This document shows positions 56,178-64,000 of a DNA stretch of 64,000 bases, piece by piece. Under the pieces are notes generated by a model that was not told the origin of the DNA, did not search any database, and saw only the letters and a list, made by a program, of their open reading frames with translations. Origin of the DNA: an uncultured Candidatus Saccharibacteria bacterium (GTDB taxonomy: Bacteria > Patescibacteriota > Minisyncoccia > Phycocordibacterales > UBA6065); the NCBI GenBank assembly GCA_964559755.1, contig CAZLHP010000003.1:10465-74464 (forward strand), given 5' to 3'. The translations under genes and the position numbers were made by a program. How positions within the stretch are numbered: the first letter of the stretch is position 1; every line of letters starts with the position of its first letter.

Positions 56178-56247
56178 CGGGGTGCTTTCTTATAGGAATC
56201 GAATTTGTATCGTTTAAGGTTTTAGATTAAATGCTAGAATTTATAAT

Positions 56248-56730
56248 ATGAATGAATCACGAGAGAAGTTCTCAGCAAGAGAATTGTTACAGGATTTCGA
56301 GGCTACACATAAGTATGTTTTTCATGGCTCAGAGGAGGTAGATTTAGATTATTTAGAACCTCGTCAAGCCTACAATCATAGAAATGGTGAGCGGGAGCTA
56401 GATGGAGATCCTGCGGTGTTTGCGTCCTCAAAAGCAGATTACGCTATTATGATGGCGCTTATAAACAAAAACAATTGCCCCGAAGGTTTTCGTTCCTCTG
56501 CTTCATCAAAGCAAAAAGAGAATGGTGAAATACTTTTAAAATTACGGGCTACAAAAGGTTCAGTCGATCAGTTAAATAGTGGGTCTTTTGGGTGTGTGTA
56601 CGTTTTTGATAAAAATATCTTTCACAAAAGAGAGGGAGGTGCGGAGTATATAAGTAGCATTAGGGTGACTCCTGTAAAAAAAGTTAAGGTCACAAAAGCC
56701 GATCTACCGCCATATATTGAGATTTTTTAA
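56248..56730 (+). CDS. Hypothetical protein (160 aa)
   Basis: ORF only; lies between a tRNA-Arg and a tRNA-Ser. Confidence 0.4.
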   Translation: MNESREKFSARELLQDFEATHKYVFHGSEEVDLDYLEPRQAYNHRNGERELDGDPAVFASSKADYAIMMALINKNNCPEGFRSSASSKQKENGEILLKLRATKGSVDQLNSGSFGCVYVFDKNIFHKREGGAEYISSIRVTPVKKVKVTKADLPPYIEIF

Positions 56731-56754
56731 AACAAAGTTTGGTTGTATAAAAAC

Positions 56755-57225
56755 CTACACTCCAAAATGCTCGAGGAGTTTTGCCAAAAAAGATTCCTCC
56801 AGTATTTCTTCTTTGAGATTTTTTATGAGTTCATTTTTAAGCTCAGCGGTATCTACTGATCCAATAGGGAGGGTGATGAGAGGGAGAAACATTTTTTTTG
56901 ATTTGAGGAGAAGTTTTTTTTGACGCGAAGATTCTTCAATCCAAAAACTTTCAAGGGTAGTAAAGGGGAGGAGGATGTTATTTGTTCGAATACCTTTTTC
57001 TTGCACTTCTATTTCGATGAGGGATGGTTTTTTAAATGAGAGGAGCGTTATTGCAAAGATACCGAGGATTACAACAATACCAAAGAGCACATTACCGATA
57101 ATGATTGAAGCGCCAGCACAGGCAACACCGATTATTCCAAATATCCAATACCAGTCGGCTGTTTTACGCACAATGGTGCGCTCAGGTGTTCTCCAGAGAA
57201 TGTTTTTTGAAGAATACGTTGGCAT
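56755..57225 (-). CDS. Membrane protein, possibly a bacterial PH-like (YdbS/YdbT-type) domain
   Basis: Two adjacent TM helices (WYWIFGIIGVACAGASIIIGNVLFGIVVILGIFAITLL) followed by a roughly 80 aa domain. Confidence 0.35.
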   Translation of the reverse strand: MPTYSSKNILWRTPERTIVRKTADWYWIFGIIGVACAGASIIIGNVLFGIVVILGIFAITLLSFKKPSLIEIEVQEKGIRTNNILLPFTTLESFWIEESSRQKKLLLKSKKMFLPLITLPIGSVDTAELKNELIKNLKEEILEESFLAKLLEHFGV

Positions 57226-57420
57226 GAATAGTAGTATAGCAGAAGAGGGGTGGAGGGGAGAGATTTAGGAGAGGAGAGAGATTCGGTCGTTACACGACCA
57301 GTATCCCGATTGGCGCGAATACGCGACTCAATCGGGCTTCGAATCTCACACGCAAGCGTCTCCACGCTTGCTCCTATTCGCATAAAAAAATCACACCGTT
57401 GCCGGTGGATTTTTATAATG

Positions 57421-57507
57421 CGGATGGGGTGAGATTCGAACTCACGGCCCCCTTGCGAAGGCGACAGTTTTCAAGACTGTTGCTTTAGACCACTCAGCCA
57501 CCCATCC
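57421..57507 (-). tRNA. tRNA-Ser(TGA)
   Basis: The reverse complement has a long variable arm; anticodon arm ACAGT-CTTGAAA-ACTGT; acceptor GGATGGG/CCCATCC. Confidence 0.8.
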
Positions 57508-57849
57508 ATATACTTACTTAACCACAAGAGACAACTTACAACAAATGGAGAAAAATCGCAAAGATTTTTTCATAAGCGAAGGGTCACTCGTCCGGCTAGT
57601 ATAACAAAAAGCCCGTTCGTTTAAAAACGAACGGGCACAGGGCGCTTTTTGTTTATACACAAGTGCCTTTTCAGAGGCGCACAGGTTCGAGTTCGTAGCG
57701 ACAGGCTACACCATGACACGTGCATGATCTCAACGCTCGCGCTTTTCACGTCTCGATTTGTTGCCGGTTTGCTACCCGTGTAGAGTACCAATCTTGTGGG
57801 ATCCGTATGTAGTATATACCAACCGATGTGATAGGGTACAATACAATCT

Positions 57850-58233
57850 ATGAGATATGTAGGTATCGACTACGGCGAAAAGCGTATTGGAATAGCACTC
57901 TCTGACGCCGAGGGTCGTTTTGCTTTTTCAAAAGAAGTTATCCAAAATGTTTCAAATCCTACAGACGCTGTCGTGGCTTTTTGTTCCAAGGAAGGGGTGA
58001 GCACGGTTATAGTGGGGGAATCAAAAAATTATAAAGGAGAGAATAATTCAATAATGAAGAGAATCGTTCCTTTTGTGGAGTCTCTTAAAAAGGCAGGGCT
58101 CTCTGTCGTGTGGGAGCCAGAGTTCATGTCTTCTCAACAGGCCGAGTATCACCAAGGCGCTATCAAGAAATTAGACGCTTCTTCTGCTGCAATTATTTTA
58201 CAAAGCTATCTCGATAAAAAGAATTCTCGTTAG
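57850..58233 (+). CDS. ruvX: Putative pre-16S rRNA nuclease / Holliday junction resolvase-like YqgF
   Basis: MRYVGIDYGEKRIGIALSD. Confidence 0.8.
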   Translation: MRYVGIDYGEKRIGIALSDAEGRFAFSKEVIQNVSNPTDAVVAFCSKEGVSTVIVGESKNYKGENNSIMKRIVPFVESLKKAGLSVVWEPEFMSSQQAEYHQGAIKKLDASSAAIILQSYLDKKNSR

Positions 58234-58321
58234 AATATACTCACAACTAGTAACTTTTAACCAAAGAAGATAAGATGTGAATGTTACCTAGGTTAAAAGC
58301 GAATAGTAATTAGTTAATTTC

Positions 58322-58732
58322 ATGATCTCCTACGAAGAATTTTCAAAAGTTGAGCTCCGTGTTGGCAAGATAGTTTCAGCCGAACCGGTACCAAAATCAG
58401 ACAAACTTCTCAAATTGTCTGTAGATTTTGGGTGCGTGCCTCAAATTCCAGAGCCGGCAGGTGAAATTGATGAAGACATTCCCGCAGGAGTAAATAGTGA
58501 GCCTGTCCCAGAATCTCGAGAAATTCGTCAAATCCTCTCGGGTATCGCAAAGCATTTTCCTGATGCGAGTTCTCTTGTTGGAAAAAAGTGTATGTTCGTA
58601 ACAAACCTCGCTCCGCGTATGATGATGGGAATGGAGTCCAACGGTATGATTCTTGCTGTTTCTACTGACGACGGACATTTTTCTCTTCTTGAGCCAAACA
58701 ATTCTATTCCTGAGGGTACTAAAGCAAAATAA
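58322..58732 (+). CDS. tRNA-binding domain protein (CsaA / MetRS C-terminal EMAP-like)
   Basis: EEFSKVELRVGKIVSAEPVPKSDKLLKLSVDFG ... OB-fold pattern. Confidence 0.7.
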   Translation: MISYEEFSKVELRVGKIVSAEPVPKSDKLLKLSVDFGCVPQIPEPAGEIDEDIPAGVNSEPVPESREIRQILSGIAKHFPDASSLVGKKCMFVTNLAPRMMMGMESNGMILAVSTDDGHFSLLEPNNSIPEGTKAK

Positions 58733-58734
58733 CA

Positions 58735-59337
58735 ATGCCATCTTTTCTTAATCCACAGTTTCTTGTTGAAACATTAGGGCTCATTGGCGTGTATGGAATC
58801 GTTTTTGCTGAGTCCGGTTTGTTTTTCGGTTTTTTTCTTCCAGGCGATTCTCTTTTGTTTACAGCGGGATTGTTTGCTTCGCAGGGGTATATCAATATTT
58901 TTCTTCTCCTTGTCGGTACCACGCTCTGTGCAATAGCGGGGGACAGTGTGGGGTATGCCTTTGGTAAGAGAGTAGGCCCCGCACTCTTTTCACGTGAGGA
59001 TTCTTTTTTCTTTAAAAAGAAGCACGTTGAACACGCTCGGGTGTTTTATGAAAAGTACGGTGTTAAAACTATTGTGTTTGCACGTTTCGTTCCTATTGTG
59101 AGAACTTTTGCTCCTATCGTTGCAGGTGTGGCAAATATGAATTATCGAACATTTCTTTTTTACAATATTATTGGAGGTTTTTCATGGGTGTGGAGCATGA
59201 CTCTTGCTGGATTTTTCCTCGGCACCCTCGTTCCAAACATAGAAAAATACCTTCACTATATTATTTTCGGTATCATTGTTTTGTCTTTTGTTCCTGTTGT
59301 TGTTGAAGTTATCAAAGCGCGTTCTCACAGAGGGTAA
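58735..59337 (+). CDS. dedA: DedA-family membrane protein
   Basis: GVYGIVFAESGLFFGFFLPGDSLLFTAG signature. Confidence 0.75.
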   Translation: MPSFLNPQFLVETLGLIGVYGIVFAESGLFFGFFLPGDSLLFTAGLFASQGYINIFLLLVGTTLCAIAGDSVGYAFGKRVGPALFSREDSFFFKKKHVEHARVFYEKYGVKTIVFARFVPIVRTFAPIVAGVANMNYRTFLFYNIIGGFSWVWSMTLAGFFLGTLVPNIEKYLHYIIFGIIVLSFVPVVVEVIKARSHRG

Positions 59338-59464
59338 ATTGTTGAAGATTCCTGTATGTAAACAAGAGAGGGTGTAGTATACTTTTTACATGGCTTCAGG
59401 TTCTAAAACATCTTCACATTTCAAAAATTTTCAGTCGATTTTTCCACCACCACGTTTTCTGCTT

Positions 59465-60478
59465 ATGTCGCGGATCGGTGTGGATATTTCAAATGGGTTT
59501 CTCAGGCATGTGCGTTTTGAGGACTCGCTCAAAGGTATAAAACTCGCATCATGGGAACAAAAAAACATTTCTCGTTTTGATCCAGACGGTATTTCAGATC
59601 CAGAGCGTGATGATCTCAAGAAAAAAATTGTCGCCCTCAAAGGTGAGCTCGGGACAAACACGGTTCGTGTGGTGATCCCCGATGACGAAGTGTATCTCTT
59701 TCGTATCACTATTCCTTATACAGAAGGGGAGGATCTTCGAAGTGCTGTCGAGTTTAAGCTTGAGGAAAACCTACCTATCGCACCGTCTGATACTTTGTTT
59801 GAGTACGATGTTGTTGGTACTAATCAAGCAGGAACAATAACGCTTTCTGTTTCTGCGGTGTCTCGAGCTTTTGTTTCAAAGATGCTTGAGTTTTTTCAGT
59901 CATGTGGTCTCGATCCCATACGAGCAGACACGGAGGCGCGTTGTTTGGCGCGGTCTCTATCAAAACAGACAGCAGAGGATGTTGAGCTCATTGTTTCAAT
60001 AAGCGGTTTTAGTACTTCTTTTATTATCGCTCGTTCAGGCAAGCCTCTTTTTAGCTCAAACACTCCTATTGGCTCAAAGGATATCAGTCAGGCAATCGCC
60101 AAATCCTTTTCTCTTTCTGAGGTTGAGGCTGAGAAAATGAGAAAACAAAATCTTTCAACTCCTTATACGGATAACGTTGAGTTTCTCAATGGTATTTTGC
60201 CGGTAATGGCTTCTCTCAAGGATGAAATAAACAAGGTGATTGTGTACTGGAACACACACGGAGAAACTCATGAGGGACTCGGTCCCGTGTCGAGAGTGAT
60301 ACTTGCCGGAGAGGACGCAGCTCTCTCTGGTGTTGTGAGGTATGTTGGTAGTGGCGTTTCTGTGCCTGTCGTTTTAGGTGATGTGTGGACAAACATTCTC
60401 TCGTTCAAGGAATACATCCCAAAGATAACCAAGGACGAATCGCTATCGTACGGCGCCGTTGTAGGAATTTGTTTTTAA
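59465..60478 (+). CDS. pilM: Type IV pilus assembly protein PilM-like (actin/FtsA-fold)
   Basis: RIGVDISNGFLRHVRF... and operon with PilN/PilO-like genes; the start could be upstream at 59390. Confidence 0.55.
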   Translation: MSRIGVDISNGFLRHVRFEDSLKGIKLASWEQKNISRFDPDGISDPERDDLKKKIVALKGELGTNTVRVVIPDDEVYLFRITIPYTEGEDLRSAVEFKLEENLPIAPSDTLFEYDVVGTNQAGTITLSVSAVSRAFVSKMLEFFQSCGLDPIRADTEARCLARSLSKQTAEDVELIVSISGFSTSFIIARSGKPLFSSNTPIGSKDISQAIAKSFSLSEVEAEKMRKQNLSTPYTDNVEFLNGILPVMASLKDEINKVIVYWNTHGETHEGLGPVSRVILAGEDAALSGVVRYVGSGVSVPVVLGDVWTNILSFKEYIPKITKDESLSYGAVVGICF

Positions 60479-60482
60479 CTAT

Positions 60483-61019
60483 ATGTTCGATTTTCTTCCT
60501 CAAGATTTCAAGATAAAAGCACGTCGTCTCTACCGAGGCAGGCTTATGCTCTTGTACGTGTGTGCAGGGTGCATACTTTTTCTCGTATCTTTTTTGTTGT
60601 TGTTGCCTTCACAAATGCTTGCGCTCGCAAAAAAGAAGAGCCTCGAAGGGGAGCTCTCTGCACTCAAACAGTCTCTCTCTATAAAAGGGAATAGTACCGT
60701 AGAGAGTTTTGTTGATGCCTCAAAGGAAAAAATGTCTGTTGTTGAGCGTACAGAAGGAGTAAAACTCTTTAGTGATTCTCTCTCGGAATTTTTTTCATAT
60801 TACACACCCGGTATTTCTCTCAATTCTGTAACGTTCGAGCGCGCAGAAAAACAAAACATTATACGAGTATCTGGTGTAGCACAGACTCGAGACGCACTCT
60901 TGGAATTTTCAAAGTCTCTCAAGTCAAACCATCGTTTTGAAAGCGTGGATCTGCCTGTGTCGAATCTCGCTCGTAATAAAGACATTGATTTTTCAATCAC
61001 CGTAATGGAAAACATCTAA
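60483..61019 (+). CDS. pilN: PilN-like single-TM pilus assembly protein
   Basis: Basic N-terminus, one TM, periplasmic coiled-coil; size and position after pilM. Confidence 0.45.
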   Translation: MFDFLPQDFKIKARRLYRGRLMLLYVCAGCILFLVSFLLLLPSQMLALAKKKSLEGELSALKQSLSIKGNSTVESFVDASKEKMSVVERTEGVKLFSDSLSEFFSYYTPGISLNSVTFERAEKQNIIRVSGVAQTRDALLEFSKSLKSNHRFESVDLPVSNLARNKDIDFSITVMENI

Positions 61020-61023
61020 CATT

Positions 61024-61560
61024 ATGAAATCCTTTTTTCAAAAAACATTTAGCATTGTCATTGCGAGTATAACCATTATCGTGCTCGGTGCGTGGGGATA
61101 TTTTCTCTACGTAGTTCGTGCAAATCAAAATGAAATAGTGGCACTCTCTCAAACAATCGTGAACGAAAAAGACAAAAGTGGGCGATTGGCATCTGTACGT
61201 GCTCTCGCTATAAATATTGAAGAAGACATAAAAAAACTCGATGATGTGTTCATTGCGAGCGACGACGTGGCTTCTTTTGTTGAATTACTTGAGACCGAGG
61301 CGGACGCTTCGAATGCTTCAATTTCTATTGGCTCAATAAACGTAGACGACAAAGTTAAAGGCTCGGTACAACCTCTCGTTGTGCGTATTGAGGCCGAGGG
61401 TTCTTGGGGAAGCATACTTTCCTATGTAACTCGCCTTGAACATTTGCCCAAGACGATACAAATCAATAAGGTTATACTGACAAAAGCAGAGGCGAGAGAG
61501 TCAAAAGCTCGCGTGTGGAGATTGCAGGCAGATGTCACTACTCATGTTGTCAAAAAATAA
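61024..61560 (+). CDS. pilO: PilO-like single-TM pilus assembly protein
   Basis: One TM plus a coiled-coil periplasmic domain; position. Confidence 0.4.
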   Translation: MKSFFQKTFSIVIASITIIVLGAWGYFLYVVRANQNEIVALSQTIVNEKDKSGRLASVRALAINIEEDIKKLDDVFIASDDVASFVELLETEADASNASISIGSINVDDKVKGSVQPLVVRIEAEGSWGSILSYVTRLEHLPKTIQINKVILTKAEARESKARVWRLQADVTTHVVKK

Positions 61561-61868
61561 TGAAATTTCTAACTTTTTTTAAAAAAATAAAGAATAGTTT
61601 TTCTGGGTTAGGCTCAAACCCTCTCAAGGATTGGTTTTTGCTTCTCGCTCTTTTTGCTTTCTTTTTTGTGACGTCACTTACATTTCATGCCGTGGTTTTC
61701 TTTGCTGTAGATTCGAGTGATCAGGTTGTTGCCACATCCACGTCGTCTGTTCTTGAAACTCTCGATAGAGAGAGGCTCAAGAATGTGCTGAAAAAGATTG
61801 ATGAGCGTATCACAAATGGGGTAGGGGCCGAGGAATCCATACAAAAGCTTTCTGACCCGTCCCTCTAG
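61560..61868 (+). CDS. Small single-TM membrane protein (PilP-position)
   Basis: The ATG overlaps the pilO-like stop (taATGa); one TM helix. Confidence 0.3.
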   Translation: MKFLTFFKKIKNSFSGLGSNPLKDWFLLLALFAFFFVTSLTFHAVVFFAVDSSDQVVATSTSSVLETLDRERLKNVLKKIDERITNGVGAEESIQKLSDPSL

Positions 61869-61903
61869 CTTTCATTCGTTTTTCGGATAGTATACGTATA
61901 TAA

Positions 61904-61976
61904 CCCCTTGTAGTTCAATGGATCAGAACAGCGGACTTCTAAGCCGTTAATGTTGGTTCGATTCCAACCGAGGGGA
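61904..61976 (+). tRNA. tRNA-Arg(TCT) (anticodon stem has an A31-G39 mismatch)
   Basis: CCCCTTG...GTTCAATGGATCAGAAC-A-GCGGA-CTTCTAA-GCCGT-TAAT-GTTGGTTCGATTCCAAC-CGAGGGG-A. Confidence 0.6.
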
Positions 61977-62107
61977 CAAGTGTTAAGAAAAAGTGAACTG
62001 CTTCACTTTTTTAACTTGTCCCAATCGCAGCGATGTTGCTTTGCAACCGCGAGATGGGGTCGCGAGTACTTAGTAGAATTCGAGCTCTGCGAAGAATTAT
62101 ACTTAGT

Positions 62108-62293
62108 AACTTGTGACGACAAGACAAAAAATATCCAATCGTGGGTACTGGTTGTGTAACAACCGATAGGTGTACTCACGTTCCAACCGATCGTGACGAC
62201 AAGAAAAAATATCCTACTTGGAAAACCGTGGGTTTCCCAAATGTTCGATAGCGAAGCGTCCAACCGATTGTGACGACAAGACAAAAAACATCC
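62108..62293 (+). repeat. Three degenerate roughly 30-34 nt direct repeats (62108-62136, 62183-62214, 62260-62293) separated by roughly 45 nt spacers that share cgtgggt: iteron-like
   Basis: ccaaccgat[c/t]gtgacgacaaga(c)aaaaaa[t/c]atcc. Confidence 0.6.
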
Positions 62294-62340
62294 AACCGAA
62301 AAACGATAAGGTAAATTTTTTTACTATTTTTTCTCCATGT

Positions 62341-62385
62341 ACCACCATCACCAACTCTTACGACCGTGAAGGTTGGTGATGGTGG
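62341..62385 (+). other. Perfect 14 bp-stem hairpin followed by an A6-G9 tract
   Basis: accaccatcaccaac - tcttacgaccgtgaag - gttggtgatggtgg; then aaaaaagaggggggggg. Confidence 0.6.
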
Positions 62386-62602
62386 AAAAAAGAGGGGGGG
62401 GGTGAAAAATCTTGTGGTTACGCATATTTTCTCACCGTCGTTCGAAAATTGAGGAAACCGGTATATCTTGTGGTCAGGAATAATTATTCGCCGTCGCAAA
62501 TAATTTTCCCGACCCGACCTCGCGGTTTTTTGAAGCAAAAAAACATCGCTGCGGTTCGCACAAACTAAAAACCTGCCGCAGGGCAGATTTTTTTCACGCT
62601 TG

Positions 62603-62675
62603 TGCGCCCTGAGGGACTTGAACCCCCGACCTTATCAGTGTAAATGATCTGCTCTACCAACTGAGCTAAGGGCGC
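62603..62675 (-). tRNA. tRNA-Val(TAC)
   Basis: Reverse complement GCGCCCTTAGCTCAGTTGGTAGAGCA-GATCA-TTTACAC-TGATA-AGGTC-GGGGGTTCAAGTCCCTC-AGGGCGC-A; a terminator hairpin ctgcc-gcag-ggcag lies downstream on the minus strand. Confidence 0.75.
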
Positions 62676-62790
62676 GTGTGTATAACTATATATACTATTA
62701 CTTTTCAAACATCAACTATCAAAGACTATCTTACATTAACGTATTTATCAAGAAACTGTTCGTTTGGTGTTTTTGTGGTATGGTCAATAC

Positions 62791-63519
62791 ATGACTATAG
62801 ACGTTATATACGAAGACGACTCAACCCTCGTGCTCGCCAAGCCCGCGGGCCTTGTGGTACATAGCGATGGAAGGACGGAGGAGGCTACACTCACTTCATG
62901 GCTTCTCAAGACATATCCATATCTACAGGGTGTGGGTGGTACGGTGCGTATTGACTCAGGTTCTGAAGAACCTCGTGTGGGTATTGTGCATCGCCTCGAT
63001 AGAGAGACGTCGGGTGTGATTCTCGTTGCAAAGACAGAAGAAGCTTTTGCTTTTTATCAGGAGCAATTCAAGGGAAGGGAAGTTAAAAAAATATACCAAG
63101 GTATTGTGTGGGGAAGCATGAAGGAAGACATCGGCACCATAAATCGTCCCCTTGGTCGTAGTACAAAAGATTTTCGTATGAGAGTGGTTGGTTCTCAAGC
63201 GAGAGGAACGCTCCGTGAGGCAATTACAAAATACCGCGTTCTCGAGAGGGCTAATGGTTTTTCTTTTGTTGAGTTTTATCTTTTGACAGGACGCACACAT
63301 CAGATTCGTGCTCACATGAGATCAGCAGGCTATCCTCTCGTTTCGGACTCTCTCTATGGTATGGCAGACAAAGGTGAGGCTCTCGGTATACAGAGGGTTG
63401 CTCTCCATGCACTATCACTTCATTTCACTCTTTTGTCAGGGAAAGAAATTGACGTTAAAGCCCCATATCCTCTCGATTTTGTGCAGGCTCTCGAGTCCAT
63501 GCGAAAAGGGAACCTCTAG
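62791..63519 (+). CDS. RluA-family pseudouridine synthase (RluD-like, no S4 domain)
   Basis: VLAKPAGLVVHS...GIVHRLDRETSGVILVAKT catalytic-Asp motif. Confidence 0.8.
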   Translation: MTIDVIYEDDSTLVLAKPAGLVVHSDGRTEEATLTSWLLKTYPYLQGVGGTVRIDSGSEEPRVGIVHRLDRETSGVILVAKTEEAFAFYQEQFKGREVKKIYQGIVWGSMKEDIGTINRPLGRSTKDFRMRVVGSQARGTLREAITKYRVLERANGFSFVEFYLLTGRTHQIRAHMRSAGYPLVSDSLYGMADKGEALGIQRVALHALSLHFTLLSGKEIDVKAPYPLDFVQALESMRKGNL

Positions 63520-63570
63520 AAAAGGAAGGCCTTGCGAATGCTCAAAGCCTGTGTTAGATTAAGCACCTAT

Positions 63571-63966
63571 ATGAAAAGCGCAGTAAAAACATCACCGGTA
63601 AACATGGAGGAACGAAAGAAACTTGGTCTTCGTTCTGGAGACACTATTCGTGTGTGGCAGAAAATTAAAGAAGGCGATAAGACTCGTCTTCAGGCTTTTG
63701 AGGGTCTTGTTTTGTCTCGAAAACACGGTGACGAAGCAGGTGCAACATTCACTGTTCGAAAAGTAGTAGACGGTGTGGGCGTGGAAAGAATTTTTCCTCT
63801 CTATTCTCCTATAATTGATGAGATTGAGATCGTTCGTCGTTCAGAAGTTCGTCGCTCAAAGTTGTACTTTATCCGCGAGAAGGCTTCAAAGGAAATCCGC
63901 CGTCAGATGAGCAAGGAACGCTCAATGAAGGAGGTAGAAACAAAAACAGAAGAAGTTGCAGCATAA
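63571..63966 (+). CDS. rplS: 50S ribosomal protein L19
   Basis: [25 protein letters not shown]...[31 protein letters not shown]. Confidence 0.85.
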   Translation: MKSAVKTSPVNMEERKKLGLRSGDTIRVWQKIKEGDKTRLQAFEGLVLSRKHGDEAGATFTVRKVVDGVGVERIFPLYSPIIDEIEIVRRSEVRRSKLYFIREKASKEIRRQMSKERSMKEVETKTEEVAA

Positions 63967-64000
63967 CAAATTCCGCCTCTGGCGGTTTTTTGTTTAAAGC

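Noticed and set aside
57650-57800. Additional tRNA suggested by aggttcgagttcg
   Set aside because: No acceptor, D or anticodon stems can be formed around it.
62108-62293. Possible CRISPR array (roughly 30 nt repeats with roughly 45 nt spacers)
   Set aside because: Only three copies, and the repeats are not identical (two differ by an indel, one by a substitution). The spacers share sequence (cgtgggt). No cas genes are present in the window. It fits iteron-like or degenerate tandem repeats better.
1-64000. Alternative genetic code (TGA reassigned to Gly or Trp, as in Gracilibacteria/SR1 or Mycoplasma)
   Set aside because: Long housekeeping ORFs (polA, PBP1A, pcrA, dnaA) are intact under the standard code with no internal TGA, and the Mur-ligase gene ends at a TGA. 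The single in-frame TGA in the VirB6-like gene is therefore reported as a local anomaly, not as a code change.

Overview
The window is a compact, low-GC (about 40% by eye) bacterial chromosome segment that resembles a Candidate Phyla Radiation / Patescibacteria genome. Genes are short, many encode hypothetical secreted or membrane proteins, and a VirB4-containing type IV secretion-like cluster is present. The housekeeping backbone I can read includes cca, xth, xerC/D, rpsO, comM, pcrA/uvrD, rsmA, yidC-rnpA-rpmH next to dnaA-oriC-dnaN, PBP1A, tyrS, ruvC-yebC-ruvB, a GspE/PilB ATPase, tsaE, polA, holA-like, fpg, a Mur ligase, ruvA, rpsT, ruvX, dedA, pilM/N/O-like genes, rluA-family and rplS, plus seven tRNA genes. 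The accessory content is of three kinds. (1) A roughly 13 kb type IV secretion / pilus-like cluster (15494-28615). Its VirB4 ATPase is split into two ORFs by a 411 nt insertion that encodes an Avd-like four-helix-bundle protein of the '23S rRNA intervening sequence protein' family. Its VirB6-like gene carries an in-frame TGA. (2) A 3.3 kb island (46182-49526) bounded by perfect 57 bp direct repeats that duplicate the 3' end of holA plus its terminator. The island contains several repeat/structured-RNA families and a markedly GC-rich gene encoding a DUF1874 (AcrIII-1/Crn2-like cyclic-oligoadenylate ring nuclease) homolog, next to a TrmB-type regulator. (3) Several tRNA-associated repeat signatures: a tRNA-Arg with a copy of its 3' end about 150 nt downstream, a 98 nt perfect tandem duplication covering the ruvC 3' end, and iteron-like repeats between two tRNAs. 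No CRISPR array, rRNA or transposase gene was seen. All calls rest on reading the sequence and recalled family motifs; no searches were run.
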